The notes below the pieces were generated by a model. The model was given only the letters and a program-made list of their open reading frames with translations. It was not told the origin of the DNA and searched no databases. From Macrostomum lignano (Eukaryota): DNA of 64,000 bases. Positions 45,001 to 57,148 of this stretch are shown piece after piece (within the stretch, counting starts at the first letter, position 1; each line of letters opens with the position of its first letter). The stretch spans positions 26,603-90,602 of the forward strand of contig NIVC01002173.1 of assembly GCA_002269645.1 (NCBI GenBank), read 5' to 3'. Both the position numbers and the translations under genes were made by a program.

Positions 45001-48000
45001 TCGATCTTCCTCGCTGTAGCCCTTGCGGCTGGCCACGCCTTCAACTCCGGTCAGCTCGAACGGCACTTTCTCTCTGTTAAACGCCTTCTTTGTCATCGGG
45101 CTGATGCTGCCGTCGCGGCGCTTCCACACAACGATGCAGCGCTGCATGCGGGAGCTGATCTGCGCCTGAAAAAAAGTTTTTTCACCCGTTTCGCTTTTTA
45201 AGGTTCTGGGTTGTCTAGGAAAGGCTTTAACAACGAGCTGACCTGTTTCAGCGCCTCTGGCGAGTAGGTTTCGATAAACTTCTCCTTCTCGCGGAGCGCG
45301 ATGTCTCCAGCCGGATCGTCATCACCGGCGCCGGGTTCGGAGCCGCGCCGCGGAATGCGACGGGCACCAGATCCGCCGCCCTTGGTGCCGCGCGACTCCG
45401 GGATCAGCTTCCTGCGGCGCCGCATCATGGTCATGCTCTTGGCCAGATCCTCTGGCGAGTAGTACTCGGGGTCCGAGCTGTCTTTGAAATCGTACGAACT
45501 CAACCTAGGCAATAGTAGGGTGGTTTTGTTACACATCTGTTCAAAACCAGCACAGTAATATAAGTATTGCACTGTTAGTAGCGCAACTCAATTTCGCAGT
45601 TGTTGTTGGCGAGCAGGTGATGGCACTTGAACGAGATTCGCACGTGACCCTTCTCGCCGCCGCTCTCCATCTCGTTTGCCATGAGCGAGTCGTCCGAGTA
45701 GATGTCGAATTTGTAGCGAGACGCTCCAAGGATGACGGCGTTGAGGCTGCCCCAGTGCACTCCGATCCGCATATCCACGCGCTGCTCATCCGGCAGGCCC
45801 ATGCTGTCATTGAAGGCCTTCAAAATATTGAAAGATTGCCAACTCGTTTTGGGCTGCTTAAAATAATCTGTGCTGTTGCAAAAACCGTTTTGGTTGTGTC
45901 GCACCTTACCTGAATTTTTTCGCACATCTCCAGACCCATGGCCACTGAGCAGAGCACGTAGTACACCTGACAGCAGAGATGTTTTGTCAATGTTTTGTCA
46001 ATTTGTCGATGAGTCGTGTTTATTCCAAGTGAAATTTTATCGCTGACGATTTACAAATTTACGATCATTAATTCCGAATATACTTCGTTTACTTTGTCCT
46101 AAATTCTTGGCTCTAGCATTGGCGGGAGCGAGAACTCAACGCTAATGCACTAATGACCCACACCCAGAACGTTCTGTTACAGCCAAAGTTTTGTGACACG
46201 GACAAAACCAGCTGAGAAAAATTGCTTCGAAGATATCGAAAAACTTTTCGAGGATGCAAAATTGGATGACGAGACTTCAGCATCATAATTTAAGCTTCTG
46301 ATCACGGTAGAGGCCCAGCTAGTCGTCTGTGACATTGACGAGAAACGCAGAAGAGCTTCACGAGCATAAAAAGGATTTCAGAGCAACTGAGGTTCAGTTC
46401 CAGATCACCAACCTGCCTGAGGTGCCTGTCTAGTCGTTCTAGCCAACTAGTCCAGAAACTTTGTTCTTGTCGACATTTTCATCCACTGTTTTACTTTGGG
46501 CTCCATTCCGGTGGTGATTCAGTTGGCATCCCTTTATCGTTTTTTGATGCTAAACAAGTTGGCATAGAACGCTTTACACAGTATGACGAAACAAATACGC
46601 GGAAAGCTCACCTGGTTCCGCTGCGACTCTTTGCTCGCAAACGCCTGGACGGTGCTCAGCCGTTTCTTCTCCGTCATGGGCACGCCGGACACGCAATAGT
46701 AGCAATCGCCCAGGGTACCGATTTTCTCAATCTGCAACCGACTGGCCGAGATGTCAAAGGCGCCATAGATTCGATTGAGAATGTGCACCACCTCGGAGGC
46801 GCTGCGGCCCGCTGACATCATGGTGAAGTTGACGATATCGGCGAAGAGCATCGAGGCAAAGATGTACTCCTCGTGGTACGGCACGATTAAACCTGTGTTG
46901 TTTTTGCGCAACAGGCTCTGGTTGAACTTGAACTTCTCGTATGGCTCCACAACGATCTTTGGCATCACTTTGCGGACCCATTCTTTGCTGAAATAAGAAC
47001 ACCAATGTGGAGATATGTTAAGCCTGTAAATATAAGTGACAAAGGCTTCTAATAATTACCGAATAGAGCCTTCCTCTTCGTTCTTCTTGATGAGTGCAAA
47101 GTTCTCCACAAGGGTTCCAAAAGTGTTGTTGGTTCTGACGATGCTCACAATGCAGGCGTATAGTCCCACCATGTTGCACAGCAGCAGCTCTACCAGGTCC
47201 ACGATCAGGCTGCTACTGTAGTGGAAAGCCTTCTGCGCATCCAGCGCACGGTGGAATGCGGTGGAGTAGTACAGGAACAAGATGCTCGCTACTATTGAGA
47301 AGAGCAGCGCCATGCGGAATCGCAGGATTCGTGACAGGTAGATGGTTAGGATCAGCGACGACTTCATGATGCCCAAGTTCAGAAAGTTTAGCGACAAAAC
47401 TGTGCAAGAAAAGCGTGTGTTGCGAAAGCTTACAATATTGGTCACTCTCGTGTCAAAGCACGATGCATTACCGCGCGCTTATTCGGTAACAAAAAGTCAA
47501 CCAGTCTACTCAATTACTCTGAGGAGGGGGATTTTTCATTAGCATTAGTATCGTGTTCCCTCATTGGAAACTATGACTAGAATCAAACCTATTAACATTA
47601 TCAAGCCTATCAAGCCTAGAATCAACATTATTATATTGCTCAATTTTTCCATTGCAATACATTCAGGCGTTGCTTCATGAGGTAAATTAAAAATCAGATG
47701 GGACCTAATTCGGCACTCACGGATGACAATGAGCGCGTACAGGCTGATAAGCACGAACGCCATGCTTCCATGCACGGCGGCCTTTGGCAAGCAGTCCGGT
47801 AGCGACATGACATTCATGATTGACGCGGACGCAATGAACATCATGATGAAAGGCGCCGTGTTCATAGTCTGGCCGGAGGCCTCATCAAACGTGGAAATGG
47901 AGACCAGCTGGAAGATTCCGAATGCAATGATGTAGTAATAGGCCAGGTCAATGTACGCGGTGGTCAGGACCTTGTCAAACTTGGTCAACTCCTGGCCAAG

Positions 48001-48219
48001 CGATTGGTAGACGAACTTGAACTCAAACAGGGAGTTGCTATCCTGCAGCTTGAACATGCGCCGCCAGGGCATGCACACCCGCTGCACAACCTCCACGCAG
48101 TCGGCTTCATCGCCATCTTCTTTCTGCTTTGAGAAGCGCCGAGTGATCTGCTCGAGCAGGCGTTGCTCCTCAGGCGACGCCGACGGCGCGAAACTTTTTT
48201 GCGATTGACCGCCGACCAT
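42005..48219 (-). CDS. Transmembrane adenylyl cyclase-like protein (TM-C1-TM-C2). Approximate exons: 48265-47721, 47399-47060, 46987-46612, 45966-45910, ~45817-~45610, ~45504-45243, 45165-44992, 44896-44787, ~44689-44193, 44104-43777, 43138-42453, 42261-42005.
   Basis: C1 motifs SMLFADIVNFT, LNRIYGAFD, TLGDCYYCVSG, VDMRIGVHWG and ANEMESGG. C2 motifs DKIKSYRDTYLAVSGL, FKIGFCVGDLIAG|TIGRDKPAFDCWGNTVNTSSRM. Two hydrophobic blocks. Most junctions are GT-AG and in phase; the start codon and three boundaries (marked ~) are uncertain. Confidence 0.85.
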
Positions 48220-48835
48220 CGGCAACGTTTGGTACTCGGTTTGGTCTCGCCTGGCTTTTGAGTCTCTAGAAATGTATTATTATGTAGATTATCAAAAAGC
48301 TACTCAAACTCTCGTCTCTGTAAATACAAAGCTAAAGCTGCCATTTTTTTTCATTTTGTCAAACCAATCATCAACTGTCTATGGTGAGTTCAGCTTAACT
48401 GACGCTTGAAAGGAGTGCGTGGCGAACTTTATCGAACTTTATCGAATAAATTAAATGCGTGCATCTCGACGAGAGCAGTGAATTAAGGTTAAATCTGAAA
48501 CCCTTAAAAACATTCAGAAACAGGCGTTAAATTGAAAGTGGCACATAGAGAGTAACAGTGATACAAAAGATAAAGAGAATCTTGAAGGGGCTACTTGTCG
48601 AATGTCAAATGACATTTATAGAAAATGGTTTTCAATTTCATTTCAGAGCAGCATCTTCGCTCCCGCCACAGCCTCGCTGCAGTCGCATGCAGGTTGCCAA
48701 ACGACGCAGAAAAGTTGAAGGTCTTGAGACCAAATACCTGATACACTTCATTGTCAAGCTGAGCTATTGTTACAATCTCAAATTTGCAACTCTCCGTTAA
48801 GCAAATTCTGAACCGCTTATAAATGACAGATGGCC

Positions 48836-49077
48836 AGTAGTATTATACCATACAAAATTGCCAGCAAACCGTTTGTCGGAAACAACTAATATTAACTCTT
48901 ATTAAGGATAAATTTCACATTTTGACCGAAATGAAGCGAGGATGAACGGAGCGAGTTGAGCGTAGTGAAGACGAGCGAAAATGGAGTGAAAAATGTGAAA
49001 TTTATCCTTAATAAGAGTTAATATTAGTTGTTTCCGACAAACGGTTTGCTGGCAATTTTGTATGGTATAATACTACT
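48836..49077. mobile_element. 242-bp MITE-like element: perfect 88-bp inverted repeats around a 66-bp purine-rich spacer
   Basis: 48836-48923 is the exact reverse complement of 48990-49077. Confidence 0.8.
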
Positions 49078-50226
49078 ATAGCCTTTTCAGATCTCGTGCA
49101 TTCGCGTACAAAACGATGACATGAAAATAATCGCTAAAAAGTCGTTGCAAGCAACTTTCTAGTGACTCTAGCGACTCTTGTGACTTTTTAAAAACTCGAA
49201 CGCATCTAATGCGATGAGTGGGCGACTGTTGCGTCACAAGCGCGATAGTTATAGAATTGTAAGAGTCACGAAAGAGTCATCCAGGATTCGTTATGTTGGC
49301 GCTCAACTTCGCTAAAGATGTGACTCTGACTCATCAAGCAATGCAAATGCGCTTCAAACACAACTCAGTGACTCTTGCTACAGCGACTCTACCACACGTA
49401 GGACTCTACGGTCTCAGATTCTACGACTCTATGGTCCCAAAGTTGCTATACCGTCGCACCAGAGTCACTTGCCTCGCCCCAAAGTCGTTTCAGAGAGTCG
49501 CAGATAATAAAAGGTTTCGACTCTTGGACGACTCTGTGGCGACCCAAGTGACTCTGGAACGCTTTTTGGTCTAAGTGTCGTTTTCATCGGGAGTTCCCAG
49601 CAAGTCGCAACCGACGGCAAAAATGCCTGCCTCGTAGCCTAGGCCAGACTGACTCCTGCTCTGCTCGCGGCAATTTCTATGCGGCAGGCAAAGAATCTAC
49701 GAGCCAGTTTTTCATAGTGAATAAGAAGCAACAAAGCAAGGAATCGCGGGCATTTCGCCATCGGAGTCAATTGATAAGATTTTGGCTTTTCATTAATATT
49801 TTCGAACATTCGGATCAAGTACAATTCACTGCTTAGTAATTATGCAGCTCTTGTGCAAGCATTGGTGACAACAAATATTTTAGCCCTTTGCTAAGCTGTC
49901 AATACAGCAGTTAATTTGAAAAAAAACCAGGTATAAAAATAGACCCTTGCGCCGCCTTGTACAGCCTTTGTGCTTAATCTGTAAGGGCATAGCTGCACTG
50001 CAGCAGAGGAGAGAGAAGAGAGAAGAAAGGGCGGCGGGCAGCAGTGTACACTGCATAGCATACAAGAGTGTGACGGCTTTTCATTGTGCGTTGCCTATAG
50101 CAACCAATTGGGGGAAGGGCGGAAATTCAAATTACAGAGCTGCGAGGGCAATTTTGATACAATCTATGCAGTTGCTAAACCTTGAGTCAGCTAAATTTTC
50201 TACGATATTCTTCAGGATCCGATAAA

Positions 50227-52942
50227 ATGATGCAGGCCAGCTTCACTATTGGCGTGGTAAGTCGGCTTGGTTGCAGATTTGAGCCAGAGGCGCGGCCAGG
50301 TAGGGACAAGGGGGCCACCGGTGCTAAAACCCCCAGTGCTAAAGCCCCCAGTGCTAAAGCCTCCAGTGCTAAAGCCCCCAGTGCTAAAGCCTCCAGTGCT
50401 AAAGCCTCCGGTACTAAAGCCCCCGGTGCTCAAGCCCCCCGTGCTAAAGCCTCCAGTGCTAAAGCCTCCGGTACTAAAGCCCCCCGTGCTAAAGCCCCCG
50501 GTGCTAAAGCCTCCGGTGCTAAAGCCTCCGGTGCTAAAGCCCCCAGTGCTAAAGCCTCCAATGCTAAAGCCTCCGGTTTCTAAAGCCCCCAGTGCTAAAG
50601 CCCCAGGTACCAAAGCCCCAGGTACCAAAGCTCCAGGTACCAAAGCCCAAGGTACCAAAGCTCCAGGTACCAAAGCCCCAGGTACCAAAACCCCAGGTAC
50701 CAAAGCCCCAGGTACCAAAGCCCCAGGTACCAAAGCCCCAGGTACCAAAGCCCCAGGTACCAAAGCCCCAGGTACCAAAGCTCCAGGTACCAAAGCTCCA
50801 GGTACCAAAGCTCCAGGTACCAAAGCTCCAGGTACCAAAGCCCCAGGTACCAAAGCCCCTGGTGCTAAAGCGGCACCATTAAATGAAGTGGGCACCTTAA
50901 GAGGCCGCCTCCAAGTCAGAAATACAGGCTACCTAATGGTTTAAATTTCAATGCACCCCGCTTCCCTTCGAGTTCAAACCATTCTTTTCATTTTTTGTTA
51001 CTCTTTGCATTTCAGCCGTCTGCCCCAAGTTCGAGACCGTTCCCGCAGCATCTGACGCCCCATCTAGCACAGATGGGAGTCCCGATGGAACAGGCTATGG
51101 GTGAGTGTGTGAAATCATTGCTTAGATAAATACTACAGAGTCTGCATCCCGAAGTTCTCGTAGACGATTACCCTAGAAAATATCAGAATATATTTGCTGT
51201 ACGACAAAACTTTATAAGCCCTTGTAGTTCTTTGTTCTGTAATCATACTTGCATGAAAACCAATTTGAAGATCGGCAATTAGCGCGTGCGACTCTGGCTT
51301 GATTCTGGCTTGATTCTGGCTTGATTCTGGCTGATTCTGGCTTGATTCTGGCTTGATTCTGGCTTGATTCTGGTTCTGGCTTGATTCTGATTCTGGCTTG
51401 ATTCTGGCTTGATTCTGGTTCTGGCTTGATTCTGATTCTGGCTTGATTCTGGCTTGATTCTGATTCTGGCTTGATTCTGATTCTGGCTTGATTCTGGCTT
51501 GATTCTGGCTGATTCTGGCTTGATTCTGGCTTGATTCTGGCTTGATTCTGGTTCTGGCTTGATTCTGATTCTGGCTTGATTCTGGCTTGATTCTGGTTCT
51601 GGCTTGATTCTGATTCTGGCTTGATTCTGGCTTGATTCTGATTCTGGCTTGATTCTGATTCTGGCTTGATTCTGGCTTGATTCTGGCTTGATTCTGGCTT
51701 GATTCTGGCTTGATTCTGGCTTGATTCTGGCTTGATTCTGGCTTGATTCTGGCTTGATTCTGGCTTGATTCTGGCTTGATTCTTGGATCTCGTGCAGTTC
51801 TCGCCCATGAGGCACCCCAAAGGCACGGAGAGTGTGCGGCTTGATGATCCTGATGATAGAAATTAGGACCACCGTGTACTTGTGTGAGCGTATCCCTGTG
51901 TACTCGCACGCATCCGTTGTGCTCAAGGGTCAGATGAATGGGCGTGACTCACTGCTCGCCTCCCCGCTGGCTACAGCTCAACTACAGTAGCTGAATTATG
52001 CTGATTTTGGCCGTAATGGGCGGTGCGCTCTCGCTTTGGGTAGCTAAGCCGTCAAAAAGACGCCCGATTTACCCGCGCACTACTGAAAAAAAACTTGCTC
52101 ATCTCCTTTGCTTCCAGGCTACTGGAACACCTTCAACCACTTCGACTTGGACGGCTCCGGCACCATCAATGTGCAGGAGATGGTGACCGGCTTGCAGCTC
52201 ATGGGACAGTGCCCCACGCCCAGCGATGTGCAGAACATGATGATGCAGGCCGATCAGAGTGAGTCTGCCTACTGCGATGGGTCGTCAAGCTTTTCTTCGT
52301 GTCTTTTGCTTTCTTGCGCTTCTCGTCATACCATTTAGACTAAGACTGGATTTAAATTAGATTAATCATGATTAAAGCCTTGATTGAAATGCTTTCAGAG
52401 TAGCAATGATAATCGAGTATTAATTATCAGTACCTGCTGACACGATTAAATTAAGTCCTCAGCAGGTGTCACTGGGGTATTGTCAGTTTATTGCTTATTC
52501 GCCATTTCCCACAGACCACGACGGTCAGGTGGATTTCCTGGAGTACGTAAGGGTGACTCACGCGCGAGTGCAGCCACCGCAGGCGGTGCAGAATGACCTC
52601 ATGACGGCCTTCCGCGTGTTCGACAGGGACGGCAGTGGCTACCTGGACGCGAACGAGCTGCGAGCGGTGCTCTGCCAGCGCGGCATGAAGGAGAGCGACT
52701 TTGACCATGTGATGTCCCTGGTGGACCTAGACCGCGACGGCCGCATCAACTACAACGAGTTCGCCGGGCTGATGACTCGGCCGCTGGAGACAATGATGAA
52801 GCGGCAGCACGGCAAAGGGCACAAAGATGGCAAGCATCACAAGGACAAGAAGGACAAGAAGCACAAGAAGCACAAGAAGCACGGCAGCGGCAGCGGCAGC
52901 GGCAGCGGCAGCGGCAGCGGCAGCGGCAGCGACAGCGACTGA
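50227..52942 (+). CDS. Calmodulin-like protein with 4 EF-hands and a His/Lys-rich plus Gly-Ser tail. Exons 50227-50256, 51016-51100, 52118-52258, 52515-52942.
   Basis: EF loops DLDGSGTINVQE, DQNHDGQVDFLE, DRDGSGYLDANE and DLDRDGRINYNE. All junctions are GT-AG and in phase. The first two exons are inferred from splice signals only. Confidence 0.85.
50320..50872. repeat. 15-bp two-phase minisatellite (gctaaagcccccagt, then ggtaccaaagcccca), about 36 copies
   Basis: Direct periodicity; lies in intron 1 of the EF-hand gene. Confidence 0.95.
51292..51783. repeat. 11-bp minisatellite (ttgattctggc) with 6-bp insertion variants
   Basis: Direct periodicity; lies in intron 2 of the EF-hand gene. Confidence 0.95.
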
Positions 52943-54607
52943 GGCAGTTGCCGGTCTCAATAGTCAGAATAATGCTTAGCTTACTTATGCTTCTTTTGAC
53001 TTGTTAAAAAAAATCTGCTTATGAACGGGGGCAGCCAAAGCAGAAGAGCGCTGTGCTGTGGAGGCCGCAGGTTTTCGCTGTAGAATGCATTGTCGAGATC
53101 ACGGGGTTTTGCAGGTTTTAGCACCAACTTTTTCTTACCTTCTCGACTCCATAAGTTGATTCCTTTAATAACTGATCTATTCAATGCGTAATTAAACAAA
53201 ACATATCACTTAAGACTTGAATGAAACGCATGGAAAACTCCATCCAGGAAAAGTGATTTTCTGCGGCGAAAACTCCAGCAAAGTTCGCACGGTGCAGCGT
53301 CCATTCGAGCGCATGTGCCCACTTGCCCGAGCGTCTGAATTATGAAAATCTTTGCAATATTTTGATCCTGTACTTGTACCACTGCAGCCGATTAACTTGC
53401 TGGTTGTTTATAATTTTCTTATATCAAGGTAGGTCTGCTCGATGCATACTTTATGAGATTAGCGCAAACACAGAAGCTGAAGGTCAAATTCATGACATGG
53501 AAGTAAATGTTTCCCATGCAGTAAGACGTGCATAATGATACGATTTTAGCTACCTGGAACGAAAAATCTCTTTAAGCCATTTCGATGAAAGTTATTTATG
53601 CTGGAAAATTCTTGTTTTTGTTTAACTTTATTACAATTTTTAGTTTTTGTCTCTACAAAATACAGCCTGTCTCGTTCCTAAAATATACCTTTCTGTTACC
53701 AATCTTAGATACTTTGCCTTTTTCCACTTTATTCTTAGCAAATATTCAAACTATGCGGATGTTCCATTTGCAGATGTCTACAACTCCCTTGCTCACCAGC
53801 ACAAACATTTTGTGGCCAATAGTTAAAATTTCAAGAAACTGCTTGAAACAATTTAGCAGAAGATCCGCTAAATGCAGTAGCTCCAGCCAAATTTAAAGTC
53901 TCTGGCAGCACCAAAGCCGAACATTTCTGCGTACAAAACGGCAAGAACACTGCCCTTCTGTCGGCGTGCTTCATGCGCTTTTAGCGAACAACTACAAAGC
54001 CAGTCTGTGCATGGACTGCATTTGGTTTAATTGCTAACAGCAATATTTACACACCCCTTGAAAGTGTACAATTTAATTAATTTTTCGCTAAATTAACGCT
54101 CGTTTGCATTGCCTCATAAAAAGTTTATTGTAAAGATGCAAGCGAATCACTGATGAGCTTTACGATGAGGTTTCAAGGTTTGCTTAATTCAACTCTCTAA
54201 AAATGGGGTACAGTCTGCGCCGCAGGTATGTACGCAGGTCTAGAGGGAGGGCTGCAGAAGCGGATAAGTACGTGCGTGTCTTTTCACAGTGCAGGGCACG
54301 TCGAATCGAATTCTTAGTCACTTTTGTTTACTCGCGAACGAACAGACCGACCAGGCCAACACGCGCTCGTCTCGCTGAGATTCACCGGACGCCTACTTGT
54401 TCAGGATAAAGCGACCAAATTCTGGGCTTCGCTCAGTGCACGAATAAACAATTCTGGACGAATCTGCATAGCAGGTCAACTAATGCTTCAGCATTATTAA
54501 CACTTCCTTTCAAGCAAATTTACGACAGCTAATACCAGCTTAAAATTTAGCTAACATATTATATTGAAATTCGAAAAAGAGGCTCTGCAATTTGAATCTG
54601 CAATCGA

Positions 54608-57148
54608 ATGGCCTCGGGCGGCCCCAAATTACCTGCTGACCTGCAGGAATGTCTGAACTGGCTGCAAAACTGCTTTCGCTACGACGAGCAAGAAATTTAT
54701 GAGTCGCTGCGTTGCATTTTCGGGCCAGGAAACGCGAGCCTGACCGACATAATTAACGTACTTCGAGACGGGATCGTACTGTGTCAGCTGGTTGTCATCC
54801 TCAGCGATGGCGCCGTTCGACGCAGCGAGCTCAAAGGATTTCGACTCATTACGCTGAATTCGGTTTGCGTCTACCGCGACAACATCTCGGCTTTCCTGAG
54901 CGTCTGCCAAAACTTTTTCCAGCTGAAGGAGAGTATGCTTTTCACACCCGACGACCTCATTGACCGAAAAAATATTGACAAAGTAATTTCGAGTCTAGCT
55001 TTGCTCAGCCAGTCCCCGAAGGTCGACCAGTCGAGGTTTCCTGGCTTCCAAGTGTCCGACAGTCTGCGCGTGGCTCTGCGGCACTTGAGCACAAATACAA
55101 GGCAGCCTGCCTGGTCCGAGCTCTCTGAGTCGGTCGAGCGACTTCGCTGCAACATGGTTGACATCTACAGCGACCAGTTGACAGTCTACACTGAGACTGA
55201 GGGCGTCTATGGGAGCCTCGTGGACGACTATGAGTACGAGCTGGACGATGGCGACGACCCGCGGGTAGGCAACTGGCAGCAGCTGCTGCTCAGTGAGAGG
55301 AACTACACGCACCTGCTCGAACAGCTGACTACCTACTCAAACAGTCTAAAAGGGACAGTCGGAATGGCTGCGGAGCCGGCATTTCACTACATCCCGGCCT
55401 TGTACGAACTGCACGCTCGCTTTCTCGCACGGTTGGAGTGCATCGCGCGCATCAACCCAATCGCCGATCGGCTGCGCGCAGTTTGCGCCTGTATTGCCAA
55501 GAAGAAGCTTCAGCTCTGCATTGTCTACCGCGATTACTTGGTGAACATGCCGCAAGCCATCGAGTGCGCCGATCGGCTGCAGCGGAGCTCAGGGCTGAGT
55601 CAGACGGCCAGTCACCTGCTGCCACATCATCCTCTTCGCGATTTGCTGCTGGCCCCGCTGCAGCGGGTGCAGCGGTATCCCGACATATTCAAGGCCTGTA
55701 AGGAGACGCGGGCAGCTATGGAGGACTTCATGGAGGTCTGCTGCTATACCCAGTCCTACAAAGAGAACGAATCTGTCATTCAGGTATTACCTTCAGCTGA
55801 TATCCATAATAATAGATGAAGCTGATAAATCCTATATACTAAGTCGTTTTCTATGAGATGTTAAAACATATTTCAGGTACTTGACCGTGTGCAAGCCGGC
55901 ATCGCAAACCTGGATCGCAGTTTGCAACTGAGAGACTTTGGTAGTCTGTTGGTCGAGGGGGAGGTGCGCCTCTCACATCTGTCTTACGACAAGTCTGACA
56001 AGGACAGTCGAAGCGTATACTGCTACCTTACGGGTGAAGTGCTGATAGTGTGCAAAATTGTCGGCGACAAAAAGTCCAGCGGCCGCCTGGAATTCTTGTA
56101 CAGCATCAGAATTCCGGAGAAGTGCATGATTCAAACCGAGGAGGCCCCGCGATATAAAAGTTGGCGCTGGCTGCTTACAGTTCAACAGCCAGAGGGAGCC
56201 ACGCCCGACAGCACCATAGCGGACGACCTGCGCTACCGAATGCAGCTCAAGTCCCATCGAGTGCAGCAGAACTGGCTGGCTGCTTTTAAAAGGGCCGTAT
56301 CAGTGCGATATCCGCCAAATCACAACTCTTTCGGGCATACTTTTCTGCCTTATATAAGTCTAGAGCCCGTGAATTGTCGTGAATGCAACCGAATCATTTT
56401 GCCCGGCTACGGGCTCGGTTATCGCTGTCGGATTTCAGGTCGCGTGGTGCACCGGGACTGCATTCCTTCAGCTCCAAGGCAACGCAGATTTGAGCACTCC
56501 CCGTCCCAGCAGCTGGCCTCGTCAACCCCGCCGCTGACTCCTCCACGGCAGAGACCTCAGCCAGCACAAATGCCGGCGATGGCGCCACAACCTCAACCGC
56601 CGCGGTCACCTTCTCCGCCACCACCACCTCCACTAACACCGATAGTGCCAAAACAGCTGCCACCGCCGCCGCCACCACCGCCACCGCCGCCACCACCGCC
56701 ATCGTCACAGCAGTGTGTCAGAGCACCTGTAGACGCCCAACGCGGTCCAGAGACCCCATCAGACATGTTCATGTCGGACGATTCCGATGAGGAGAATAAC
56801 TCGAAAGGCGGCCCTCCAGGAATCGACTACCACTGTCACAACGAGGGCGTTGCAGCAGGCTGGCATGGCCGAATGTCCCGCGGAGCAGCCTGGGCGAAAC
56901 TGCTGCGAGTCCCGATCGGTATGTACCTATTGCGCTGCAGCCCACGGCCTGGTGTAGATGAGCACATTCTATCCTATCGAGCGTCTGACACCGTCCGGCA
57001 CAAGAAGATTTTCGAGGCGGACGGTCAGTTCTATCTGGAGGAGAAAGCCACAAAGTTCACGAGCATTCGGGAGCTGTTGCTGCACTATGCTAGCCCTAAA
57101 GCACTGAATGATGCGTGCATCGATGTGAGGCTAACAGAGCCAGTCTAA
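54608..57148 (+). CDS. vav: Vav-like Rho GEF: CH, acidic region, DH, PH, C1-like, Pro-rich, SH2. Exons 54608-55783 and 55877-57148.
   Basis: Vav-type CH (ECLNWL...LRDGIVLCQL...NISAFLSVC...LFTPDDL...KVISSLALLS). DH motifs LLLSERNY and LRDLLLAPLQRVQRYP. PH, C1-like HTF..CRECNRII..GYRC, and SH2 WHGRMSR...YLLRCS...FTSIRELLLHY. Phase-0 intron CAG|gtatta...tttcag|GTA. Confidence 0.85.
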
